Shown here: piece by piece, positions 49,927 through 58,448 of the stretch | How positions within the stretch are numbered: the stretch's first letter is position 1 | Layout: each line of letters starts with the position of its first letter | NCBI GenBank assembly: GCA_963781885.1 | Contig: CAWAHW010000001.1 | Span: forward strand, 224,001 to 288,000 | DNA from: an uncultured Spirochaetota bacterium | Lineage (GTDB): Bacteria > Spirochaetota > Spirochaetia > SZUA-6 > Fen-1364 | Reading direction: 5' to 3' | Length of the DNA: 64,000 bases | Position numbers and translations under genes: made by a program | The notes under the pieces: model-generated | Told to the model about the DNA's origin: nothing | Seen by the model: only the letters and a program-made list of their open reading frames with translations | The model's database searches: none

Positions 49927-51759
49927 ATGCAGAAATCCTCCGCACGGTCCGCGCTCCGTTTCGCCGTCTACGGCGGGGTCGTGCTCCTCCTCCTCGCCCT
50001 GGCTCTCTTCTTCCGGCCCGTCAATGCCGCCGTGGGCGACGCGCGGGTGACGGGGCGCTACGAGTTTCTGCCCCTCTTCCAGTCGCGCGACCTTCGCGAT
50101 CTCACCCTTTCCTGGAACGGCATGTCGCTGCGATTCTCCGATGCCACGAGTCCCGCCTTGAAGGGCTTCGAGACCACGGACAATGGCACCGACATCGTCT
50201 TCGACGCGGACATGCGTCTGCGCCTGTCGCCGGCAAGCGATGTCGGGGGATCTCTTGCCATCACGCGGATCGGCGCCGCAGCGGCCGGCTCCCTCACCGT
50301 CCCCTTCAGCGTGAGCGGGGTGGAGGAATCGCCGGCAGCCGGCACGCTGGGCTGGCGACGCGCGGGGCGCAGCTACCTGCTGGAGCTGCCCGCCGGCGCG
50401 CAGGTCGATGAGGCGGCACGCACGCTCCTCCTGCCCACGGGCGCCGCCGGCTGGACGGCGCGCCTGCGCACCGAGGGCACCCCCGCGGTGGCCGCCGCGA
50501 TTTCCACCGCGGTGAATACCGCTCCGGTCCGCGTCACCGCGGCGCCCACGCGTCTTCCCGATGAGAAGGCCATGCCCACCGACGAGCAGCTCCGCGCCGG
50601 CATGGCGCACTTCGTCGACGCCGCGTTCGCCGGCTGGTCTGCGACGCGTCTTTCCGCCGCGGATGCAGAGTGGAAGATGCCGGATGGCACGCTCGCGTTC
50701 TCTGAGGACATCGGTGTCGGCCTTCTTGCAGAGGCGATCGCGCGCGGCTCGTGGCAGCAGTTCCTCCCGCTATGGTCCGACGCCCTGGCGCGCGCGCAGA
50801 AGCGCGCACCTGAAACGTCCCTTTCCTTTGTCACGAGTCCATACCTCGGCGGGGTGAGGGATTACGCCCGCAGCCTGCAGGCGCAAAGCGCCACGCTTGT
50901 CGACAAGGCAGGCGCCCTGCTTGCGAAGTCCGACGACGCCGTGCTTTCCATCCCCGGCCTCGTGCCCCTCTTGCTCGATCACGGCAGCGCAGAGCTCCTG
51001 AAGAGCGCCGGATCATTCCTCACGTCGCACGGCAGCGCGCGGCTGGATGCCGGTCCGGCGGTGGGTCTGCTGGAAGCGCTGCTTGACTACGACAGGCTCG
51101 TCGACGCCGGGGACGGGGTGAGCCGCGGCCTGAAGGACGCGGTGGAGAAAGGCATCCTGCCGCGCGTGCGCACCGCGGACGCCGGCGTGTACGTGGACAA
51201 GGGCGATGGCACGTCAGACGTGGAAACCGACATACGCGGCGGGGCCCTTCTCATCCGCGCGGGCGGCATCCTCTCCTCATCCATGGCTTCGGCCGTCGGC
51301 AGAGGCCTTCTCTCGTCGGCGCTTGCCCTGGCCGGGAATGACGGGATGCTTCCTGCAAGCGTTGCGATCGGCGGGGGCCATGTCGGCCAGCGCAAAGGCA
51401 CCCTGGCGCCGGAGGGCGTGTACGCCCTTCTTCCGATCGACAGGTACCTGCCGCAGGAAATACCCTTGCCGCAGCTCGGACAGGGAGCCTGGATCTGGAC
51501 CGCGGCGCACGTGATAAGCGCGCAGAAGACCGATGCCCAGATCACGCTCGTGCTCGGCTATCCGCAGGGAGTGGCGCACAACTTCATCATCCAGGGCGCA
51601 AAGCCATTCACCCAGGTGCGGCTGCACGGCATCCCCTGGCACACCGATCCGACGTACTTCAAGTACTCCGACGGCTGGGCCTATGACACGACAAGCCAGA
51701 CTTTCTTCGTGAAGCTCACGGGCAAATCGGACCGGGAGGAGATGGATATCCTGTATTAG
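49927..51759 (+). CDS. Hypothetical exported/membrane-anchored protein
   Basis: 610-aa ORF, N-terminal TM helix, typical codon usage, divergent from the TPR gene. Confidence 0.8.
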   Translation: MQKSSARSALRFAVYGGVVLLLLALALFFRPVNAAVGDARVTGRYEFLPLFQSRDLRDLTLSWNGMSLRFSDATSPALKGFETTDNGTDIVFDADMRLRLSPASDVGGSLAITRIGAAAAGSLTVPFSVSGVEESPAAGTLGWRRAGRSYLLELPAGAQVDEAARTLLLPTGAAGWTARLRTEGTPAVAAAISTAVNTAPVRVTAAPTRLPDEKAMPTDEQLRAGMAHFVDAAFAGWSATRLSAADAEWKMPDGTLAFSEDIGVGLLAEAIARGSWQQFLPLWSDALARAQKRAPETSLSFVTSPYLGGVRDYARSLQAQSATLVDKAGALLAKSDDAVLSIPGLVPLLLDHGSAELLKSAGSFLTSHGSARLDAGPAVGLLEALLDYDRLVDAGDGVSRGLKDAVEKGILPRVRTADAGVYVDKGDGTSDVETDIRGGALLIRAGGILSSSMASAVGRGLLSSALALAGNDGMLPASVAIGGGHVGQRKGTLAPEGVYALLPIDRYLPQEIPLPQLGQGAWIWTAAHVISAQKTDAQITLVLGYPQGVAHNFIIQGAKPFTQVRLHGIPWHTDPTYFKYSDGWAYDTTSQTFFVKLTGKSDREEMDILY

Positions 51760-52460
51760 GCGGAGCGCTTCCGGGGGTGCTCGTGTGTGCTTTCAAGCGT
51801 CCGGTAGAGACGGAGGACGGAGCTTTCCAGCTCGTTCTTCAGGCGCTGCTTCTCCTGCGGAAAGGGTCGGGTCACGTCGAAGCGTATGGGTGTGCCGACG
51901 AGGATGCCGTGCATCTTGCGGTTCACGGCCACGGGCAGAAACTGTATGGCCTTGCGCGTCTTCTCATAATAGAGCTTGCCGATGTGGATGAATCCCGTGC
52001 AGAACTCGCACAGGACGTCGTTGATCTTTTTCGTGGAATCTTCCGCGAACACGAGGATGTTCTTCCCCTGCTCGAGCAGCGACAGGCTGCGCATCACGGT
52101 GGCCTTGATCTGCTTGCTCTGCTGGTAGACGGGGATTGCGCCGATGTCCTTCATGATGGCAACGCAGATGCGGCCGATGATTCTCGAGAGATAGGCGCTG
52201 AGCGGCGGCTTCAAATGCAGCTCCTGCTCGAGGAACTCCATCTGAATGCGCTGGGAGACCGTCTTGAGGTCCGTGACCTCGTGCGAGACCCAGGGGTACA
52301 TTTCCACCGGCATGGATGTGATCACCGAGACGGGGCCGAAGGAGCCCGCGTGATTCGCGACCATGATGACGGGCTCGGTCGAATCGATATTCTTTGCGCC
52401 GTGCAAGTGCGCGTTGAAGAAGAGGCGACGAAGCAACTTGTAGAAATGCTGTGCCACCAT
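51756..52460 (-). CDS. Lysophospholipid acyltransferase family protein (PlsC-like)
   Basis: VIMVANH, GAIPVY, ILVFAE, LPVAV. Confidence 0.82.
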   Translation of the reverse strand: MVAQHFYKLLRRLFFNAHLHGAKNIDSTEPVIMVANHAGSFGPVSVITSMPVEMYPWVSHEVTDLKTVSQRIQMEFLEQELHLKPPLSAYLSRIIGRICVAIMKDIGAIPVYQQSKQIKATVMRSLSLLEQGKNILVFAEDSTKKINDVLCEFCTGFIHIGKLYYEKTRKAIQFLPVAVNRKMHGILVGTPIRFDVTRPFPQEKQRLKNELESSVLRLYRTLESTHEHPRKRSA

Positions 52461-52552
52461 TGCTGCCCACCCTGAGACCGTCTTTGCATAGACAGCCTAT
52501 GCTAAGGGTAATGCTCTCACCCACATTAGTCAAGCAAAACAGCGGAGGCCGA

Positions 52553-53530
52553 TCAGGACGGGAGCGCTTCCTTGGAATGATCCTGTCCGACCATGGCCCT
52601 GAGAAGAAGCGGGATGGTGAGGAAGAGGAAAAGGCAGATCGAGATCGCCACCAGGCGGAAAAAGCCCAGGCCTCCCCAGAGGGAGCGAAGGGCGAACGCG
52701 CTTCCCACGATGCCGACCGCGATCACGGCAATCACCTTCCAGGCCCGCTGACGGATGCGGACAAAGAGGGCAGTGGTCACGCCCAGGGCCGCAAAGAAAT
52801 AGGCCATGGCGGAGTCCCATCGGCTGAACCGGCTTTCCAGGCTTCGCAGGGCGTTCACGAGGAAACCAGCGCTCTGTGTCACGGTGAGGACCCATATGGC
52901 AATGACCGGCAAAGGCAGAAGCATGAGGGAGAGCAGGATCCAGTCACGCCGGGCGACGCGCACGGCTGTGGACGCGATCAGCCAGACGGTGAATGCATAG
53001 AGCAGGCCAAGCGCCGCAAGGTGCCAGAACGGCGCAGGGGTGCCGTGCCCGCTCAGAAGGAATCCCACGGTCTGCGCCAGGGGATCCATCGACACGTAGC
53101 TCAGGATGAGAAGCGGCAGGAGCGCGTATCCCACCCAGGAATAGAGCCACGCGTGAGAGCCTTTGCGCCAGCCCATCATGGCGATGATGGCGATGGCGGC
53201 GAACGCGCCGCCCAGGAGCACGGGGTAGCGCCAGATGTGCGTGGCAAAAAGTGCGGCAAGGATGAAATGGGGCTGGCAGCTGATGAGCGCATCCGTCCAG
53301 CTTCCGCGGCTGTGCGCCTCATACATCAGCCGGGCGATGAACCGGGCATCGCCGAAGGACGCAAGCGCCGCGCCGGTGGCCTCCTGTTCACCAAGGCCCT
53401 GGTAGAGCAGGTCATCGACCTTTTCCTGGAAGTGGCTGGAGAGCTCATTGATGACCCGGCGCTCCGTGCGCGGGTCGAGATGAAGATGGGCGCGAACCTC
53501 CTCGAGGTATCTGCCGACCTCGGGCCGCAT
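52553..53530 (-). CDS. PadR-associated membrane protein with HAAS/permease-prefix domain
   Basis: YLEEVRAHL...ELSSHFQE...ALASFGD followed by many TM helices. Confidence 0.85.
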   Translation of the reverse strand: MRPEVGRYLEEVRAHLHLDPRTERRVINELSSHFQEKVDDLLYQGLGEQEATGAALASFGDARFIARLMYEAHSRGSWTDALISCQPHFILAALFATHIWRYPVLLGGAFAAIAIIAMMGWRKGSHAWLYSWVGYALLPLLILSYVSMDPLAQTVGFLLSGHGTPAPFWHLAALGLLYAFTVWLIASTAVRVARRDWILLSLMLLPLPVIAIWVLTVTQSAGFLVNALRSLESRFSRWDSAMAYFFAALGVTTALFVRIRQRAWKVIAVIAVGIVGSAFALRSLWGGLGFFRLVAISICLFLFLTIPLLLRAMVGQDHSKEALPS

Positions 53531-53538
53531 GGACCGCC

Positions 53539-53892
53539 TCAGCCCCCGGAGGGTTTCATGACGAGTGCCATGGCACTCGCGAAGCTCTGCCACATGTCGA
53601 GCTTCTTCTGCAAGAGCTCCCGGCCCTGGTCGGTAATCGCATAGTACCGGCGCTCCTGGCCATTGGGGAGCTTCTTCCATTCGCCGCTGACGAGCCCGTC
53701 ATTTTCGAGCTTCCGCAGGGCCGGATAGACCGTGCCTTCCTTGAACCGGAAATAGCCGCCGCTGCGCTCCTCGATCTCCTTGATGAGGCGATAACCGTAC
53801 GTCTCACCCTGCTGGTTGATGAGGAAGAGGAGGAGGGAATCCGTGTTCCCCCGCAGCAGGTCGGAATCATAGGCACGCGAAGATTCTGCCAT
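53539..53892 (-). CDS. PadR family regulator
   Basis: YGYRLIKEI, GTVYPALRKLE, RRYYAITDQG. Confidence 0.95.
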   Translation of the reverse strand: MAESSRAYDSDLLRGNTDSLLLFLINQQGETYGYRLIKEIEERSGGYFRFKEGTVYPALRKLENDGLVSGEWKKLPNGQERRYYAITDQGRELLQKKLDMWQSFASAMALVMKPSGG

Positions 53893-54051
53893 TCAGCACC
53901 CCTTGTGCATGCGCCGCGGCCCGCCGCGGATGCCATGCTTCCATAATTGTAGTAAGGGCCCGCGGAAACTGTCAAGCGCGGTGGACCAGGGCATGGGCGG
54001 GCACAAGCGTAGGCGCGGCGCGTCCAGTTGTCAACAACGGGCGCTTCTCGG

Positions 54052-55704
54052 CAGCAATTCGCATTATGGCCAAAGACGTTTGGTTGGCATGAGGGAATCT
54101 ATGGCGTATATGCGCCCAGGTGGGAATCCGGGATTAGGACTTTGGTGGAGGAGAAAGTTTGAATGGAGGTCCGCCGGAGTTGTGAGGCGCGGAAGGGGAC
54201 TTACAGCAAGCACCCGTCCAAGGTTGGCCACGCAGGAGGGAGGGTGGTTCTGTAGGGGTGTTATGAAGGCAGGCAGGATCGGTGAACTATCCGTCTGGGT
54301 CAGGCAGGTGCAGCCCATTCACCATGAACTGCATCAGAGCCACCCAACTGTCAAAGCACAGATACTGGGTCAGTGTGGCAACGTGTTGAAAAAAGGTATC
54401 CCGACGCGGCAGTGTCGAGCGAAGCAGGGCACAGCGGCTATCCATGAGCTGTAAAAGGGTGTGAAAAAGAAAGGCAATCACATTCAGCGATAGCAGTGTC
54501 TGCGACAGATACTGCTGGCCATGGCCGAAATTGTGCTCGAAGTGGTATCCCTTCGTCTTCAGTGTGTTGAAGTTCTCGTTCTCAACCTTCCAGCGGCATC
54601 GACCCGCGTTCACCACCTCCACCACCGTCTGTTCGCTGATGGGGTGGCTGGTGACCCAGCAGTTGCGATAAGTGACCTTGCCCTTGTCGTCGAGAATCTG
54701 CAATTCCACCCATGAGACCACCGGGCTATCCTTCTCGGCGGTCAGGCTGACATCGTTGATCCAGCGGTAGTGGTAGTGACGGTGATCCTTACCTGTCCAG
54801 GCGCTGCGTTGCAGGGTGTGCACCCCGCCCAGTTTCTCCAAGCCCTCAATCTCCTCAAACAAGTGCTTGTGCATGACCGGCTTGGCAACAAAGATGAAAT
54901 CCAGCTCCTGCTGCACGGCGCGAGTGATGATGGGGGTTCGCGAATACAGGTCATCTCCCAGCAGCGTCACTCCTAAGGGGCTCAATCGCGCAGCGTAGCG
55001 CTCGATCCAGCGCAGGGCCGCTTGAAACTCGCAGTCCTGCCGATCATGGCCATCCTGGGGACTGAGAAACTCCGGCTGCAGCGCCACCACATGGGCCTGT
55101 TGGGGACTGACCACCGCGGGAAGCAGCACGGAGTGTGTGTAGGTGACTCGTCCGTCACGGTGATTGCTTACCATGCAGGAGGGACAGTGGATGGATTCCG
55201 ACAGGAAATACCCTGTGCCGTCCAAGGCCACCAGAAGCGAGTTGGCAAAGGACCTCATCGGTTGCATAAGCCCGCGCTGCTGCATCAGATCAAAACACTT
55301 CTCGTAGACTGCATTCAACAGTGAGGGATCCACGGGGTCCAACAAGGCTCTGATCTGGTTGTCCGAGGGAATCTGCTGGACCCCAAAAAGGCTCCGTGCG
55401 TTGTTCTTACCCTGCTGTTGCTGCATCAACTCTTGGAAGGCCAGAAAGGAGGGACTCTGACAGAAGAACACTCCGAAAGCCCCGCGCGTCACATCTTCAA
55501 GGGAGAACTGCGTATTCTTGCCCGTTCGTCGATCTGGAAACCTCTCGACGCATCCCATGAGAAGGGACATCAGGGCCTCAAACGTCTCCCCTCCTGACAT
55601 TCTGAGGGCAAGTGTACGGCATGCAACTCATAGCGAATACTAGACGGGCGTTCCCGGTAATCTACGGCATTGCGTCCCGTACAGACCCATAGTTAGAATT
55701 GCTG
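54052..55704 (-). mobile_element. Complete ISNCY-type insertion sequence (1653 bp)
   Basis: 18-bp terminal IRs CAGCAATTCgcAtTATGG / CAGCAATTCtaAcTATGG (15/18); 9-bp direct repeats GCTTCTCGG at 54043-54051 and 55705-55713; lower GC than the flanks. Confidence 0.9.
54287..55600 (-). CDS. ISNCY family DDE transposase
   Basis: QSPSFL, IPSDNQIR, ALDGT, GDDLY, GRCRWKVENENFNTLKTKGYHFEHNFGHG. Confidence 0.92.
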   Translation of the reverse strand: MSGGETFEALMSLLMGCVERFPDRRTGKNTQFSLEDVTRGAFGVFFCQSPSFLAFQELMQQQQGKNNARSLFGVQQIPSDNQIRALLDPVDPSLLNAVYEKCFDLMQQRGLMQPMRSFANSLLVALDGTGYFLSESIHCPSCMVSNHRDGRVTYTHSVLLPAVVSPQQAHVVALQPEFLSPQDGHDRQDCEFQAALRWIERYAARLSPLGVTLLGDDLYSRTPIITRAVQQELDFIFVAKPVMHKHLFEEIEGLEKLGGVHTLQRSAWTGKDHRHYHYRWINDVSLTAEKDSPVVSWVELQILDDKGKVTYRNCWVTSHPISEQTVVEVVNAGRCRWKVENENFNTLKTKGYHFEHNFGHGQQYLSQTLLSLNVIAFLFHTLLQLMDSRCALLRSTLPRRDTFFQHVATLTQYLCFDSWVALMQFMVNGLHLPDPDG

Positions 55705-55819
55705 GCTTCTCGGGCAGCAGTTCTGATATGATGTGCCCCCGTCAAGCTCTAAAAGCCTCCTTTTTTCTTTAGAACTCCTTCTGAACATCGAGGCCAACCC
55801 GAAGAGATGGAGAAGGGCA

Positions 55820-55955
55820 TAACCGACGATCGACCAGTCTGATATGCGTGGATTGGTTACCGCAGGCCAATGTGATCGTCAGGAGCTTGCCTCCGTCTCA
55901 TTACCAGGATCAGACCATAGTCTGCCTGCAGAACCGCTCGAGGATTCTCCGTTCG
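55820..55955 (-). ncRNA. Candidate bridge/seek RNA of the IS110/IS1111 element
   Basis: Two stem-enclosed internal loops carrying target-matching (AGCGGUUCU, AAUGAGA) and donor-matching (CACAUUGGCCU partial, CAUAUCAGAC) segments; transcript ends are unknown. Confidence 0.75.
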
Positions 55956-56007
55956 CCACGAACCTTCCCCATCCGTCCCGGTTGCCTCGATTGCATACGC
56001 AGCCTCC

Positions 56008-57102
56008 TCAAGCCACCCGATCAACCATCGCGCCCCACAGGAACCCCGAGAGCTCTCGCGCCACCGCCGTCACCACGGTCTGAGAAGCTTTGCCGCGAAA
56101 AAGCAGACGCAGAAATTTCTTGTTTAGCCGCCTGCACGCACGGTTGGCATAGCTGACCAAGGATGGAGAAAGACCCTCGCGTCGTTTCATCAACCGAGTG
56201 CTACTGGGATGGTAGCTGCGGTATTGCCAGGCGGCCTCCACCAGAAGTTTGCGCAGGTGGGAATTACCCGCCTTTGTGATTCCTCCCAAGCGCCTCTTGT
56301 TTCCGCTGGATCGCTCGGAGGGCACCAACCCCAAAAACGCCATGAATTGATCCGCACCTGCAAAGCGCCGAAAGTCCCCGATCTCCGAAACAAGCGACAA
56401 GGCGATCAGCGTCTCCACGCCCTTGAACGCCTTCAGCTTGGCTACAGGTTCGGCATAGCTTTTACGTGCCGCGATCTCTTCGATGCCCGCCTTGATCCGC
56501 CGACACTTCTCCTCCAGCTCGTCGACTTGGCAGCGGTACTCGGTGAGAGTCAACTGCTCCAGCGGATCCTCCAACTCAAGAGCCTGCAACCATGCTCGAT
56601 GCGGCTGCGTCCATGTGGCTCCTTGTTCATAACGTATCCGCCTCCGCAGAAGAAAACCCAGCACGCGCTGCTTGGCCTTGCGCAGATCGGACTTCATGTC
56701 CTCCAGCATTCGTAGATAGTCGCGAACCGCTTCGTCTTCCCGCGTGGGTACATGAACGGCACTCACATCCCCGCTCCGAAGTGCGCGAGCAAGCATCACA
56801 GCGTCCCTTCTATCGGTCTTTATGCGATCTCCCGGACGATGTGGAATCTGAGACGGAGCCAGCACCGCACACGGCACACCCAGTTCCGTCAATTGTCGAT
56901 ACAGGGAATACCCTAGACATCCCGCCTCGTAGCATGTCACCAGGTCCCCCGCGGACTGGAGCTTCTTGAAATAGGCCTGGATTACGCTCTTTTCATTGCG
57001 AATCACCGTCTCGGCCCTCGGCTTCTGATCGCGCCCGCTCAGGATCGCTATGGCGATCTTTTCTTTGTCGACGTCCATGCCAACGTAATGTACAATACCC
57101 AT
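56008..57102 (-). CDS. IS110 family DEDD recombinase/transposase
   Basis: GMDVDK, CYEAG, KTDRRD (DEDD); FLGLVPSERSSG catalytic Ser; GITKAGN; AVAREL. Confidence 0.96.
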   Translation of the reverse strand: MGIVHYVGMDVDKEKIAIAILSGRDQKPRAETVIRNEKSVIQAYFKKLQSAGDLVTCYEAGCLGYSLYRQLTELGVPCAVLAPSQIPHRPGDRIKTDRRDAVMLARALRSGDVSAVHVPTREDEAVRDYLRMLEDMKSDLRKAKQRVLGFLLRRRIRYEQGATWTQPHRAWLQALELEDPLEQLTLTEYRCQVDELEEKCRRIKAGIEEIAARKSYAEPVAKLKAFKGVETLIALSLVSEIGDFRRFAGADQFMAFLGLVPSERSSGNKRRLGGITKAGNSHLRKLLVEAAWQYRSYHPSSTRLMKRREGLSPSLVSYANRACRRLNKKFLRLLFRGKASQTVVTAVARELSGFLWGAMVDRVA

Positions 57103-57350
57103 GACTGCCCCCTTGTGCGTTGTTTGTGGCGTGCCGCATCGAGACGCCAATCTCATGATACGGCCGATCCACGTTGTAGCAACCACCTGGGGGCACTTCA
57201 TATTGTCTCATTTTGGACCATCCGGAGCTGACGACCGGGCATTTTTGCTCAAAAATGGCTTATTACCATAGGACAAAATGAGAACTGCATCGTTCGGTTG
57301 CCAAACTGAGAATTGCTGGCTTCTCGGGGGCATCGTGTATACTTGGTTCC

Positions 57351-57836
57351 GTGAAACCGAAAAGGATGGACCCGCGGCGCACGAAGCTGGAGAAGGAGCT
57401 GCGCGACGCGGTCAAGGAAGTCGACGAGCAGGGGCTGCTCTTCCTGCTCCGCCAGGCCCAGGTGCTCATCCACAACGCGCGCGTGGAGCAGGTTGCCGCA
57501 CGGACGGAAAAGAACGCACCGGCGGGAAAGGCCGTCCGGACAAAGCCGGACAGGGCACAGAAACCCGTGTCCATCGAAGACGCCAAGGACGGAAAGGCCA
57601 TCTTCCTCAACCTTGGGAAGGCGCGCAGCGTCCTCACCCCTGAGGAGATGAAGAGGATCGTGCGGATCTGCTACGCGGCGGAGACCAAGAGCGAGGCGCT
57701 GCGCCGGCTCTTCACCGTGCTCGCCCGGGAGAGAAAGGACATCCTCGCCGATGCTTTTGTCGGAAACCCCGACAATCCGCTCCTGGAAGAGCTGTTTCGC
57801 GTCGTGCGCGCCACCTATCACCTGAAGGACCGGTAG
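57351..57836 (+). CDS. Hypothetical protein
   Basis: 161-aa ORF with typical GC3-rich codon usage. Confidence 0.75.
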   Translation: MKPKRMDPRRTKLEKELRDAVKEVDEQGLLFLLRQAQVLIHNARVEQVAARTEKNAPAGKAVRTKPDRAQKPVSIEDAKDGKAIFLNLGKARSVLTPEEMKRIVRICYAAETKSEALRRLFTVLARERKDILADAFVGNPDNPLLEELFRVVRATYHLKDR

Positions 57837-57880
57837 GCGCGCTTGCATCGTGCGGGCTTTCCTTTTATCGTACACCCATC

Positions 57881-58426
57881 GTGACCGGCACGGATGGGGC
57901 GGGCAAGTATTTCCTCTCCTACGAGCATATTCACCTGAGCGTGCGGGCGCTCGCCGCGAAAATCACCGCCTCCGGTTTCGATCCCGACCTTATCGTGGCA
58001 ATCGGAACCGGCGGATTCATCCCGGCGCGAATTCTTAAAACCTATATCAAGAAGCCCATTCTCACCGTGGGCATTTCCTATTACGGACCCGACAATCTGC
58101 CGGCAAAAAGCCCCCGCACGATACAGTGGATCGACGAGGTGGAGAAGAAGCTCGCGGGCAAAAACGTGCTCCTTGTCGACGAGGTGGACGATTCCCGCGT
58201 CACGCTGGAATACTGCCTGCGCGAGCTTCTCCTGCACCGGCCCGCGGAGATCGCGGTCGCGGTGCTCCACAACAAGAAAAAGGAAAAGAAGGGCAGGATA
58301 CCCGCCGAGGTCCGCCGCTACTTTGCCGGCGAGGAGCTCGACGACAGGTGGATCTGCTACCCCTGGGACGCGACGGACATCACGGCGCACGAGAAGATAT
58401 CCCGGTCCGGCATCGTGCAGTCGTAG
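57881..58426 (+). CDS. Purine (xanthine/hypoxanthine-guanine) phosphoribosyltransferase family
   Basis: VAIGTGGFIPARIL, LLVDEVDDSRVTL PRPP loop, WICYPWD. Confidence 0.9.
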   Translation: MTGTDGAGKYFLSYEHIHLSVRALAAKITASGFDPDLIVAIGTGGFIPARILKTYIKKPILTVGISYYGPDNLPAKSPRTIQWIDEVEKKLAGKNVLLVDEVDDSRVTLEYCLRELLLHRPAEIAVAVLHNKKKEKKGRIPAEVRRYFAGEELDDRWICYPWDATDITAHEKISRSGIVQS

Positions 58427-58448
58427 CAAAGCGCGAAGGGTGGGCCGC

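Larger units (their letters stand above)
55725..57208 (-). mobile_element. IS110-family (IS1111-group) element, ~1484 bp
   Basis: Sub-terminal IRs ATATGATGTGCCCCC (55726-55740) and GGGGGCACTTCATAT (57189-57203), 14/15; CT core at both junctions (55723-55724, 57207-57208); no target duplication. Confidence 0.9.
55715..57318. mobile_element. ~120-bp MITE with ISNCY-like ends, interrupted by an IS110/IS1111 element
   Basis: Reconstructed ends CAGCAGTTCTCATTTTG ... CAAACTGAGAATTGCTG (15/17 IR); 10-bp DR GCTTCTCGGG at 55705-55714 and 57319-57328. Confidence 0.85.

Noticed and set aside
53903-54454. ORFs 53903-54454 (+) and 54064-54318 (-)
   Set aside because: They cross the IS boundary or overlap the transposase end, with no motifs or RBS.
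55844-56156. Small + strand ORFs in the IS110 3' end
   Set aside because: The region is better explained as structured non-coding RNA on the minus strand; no RBS or protein motifs.
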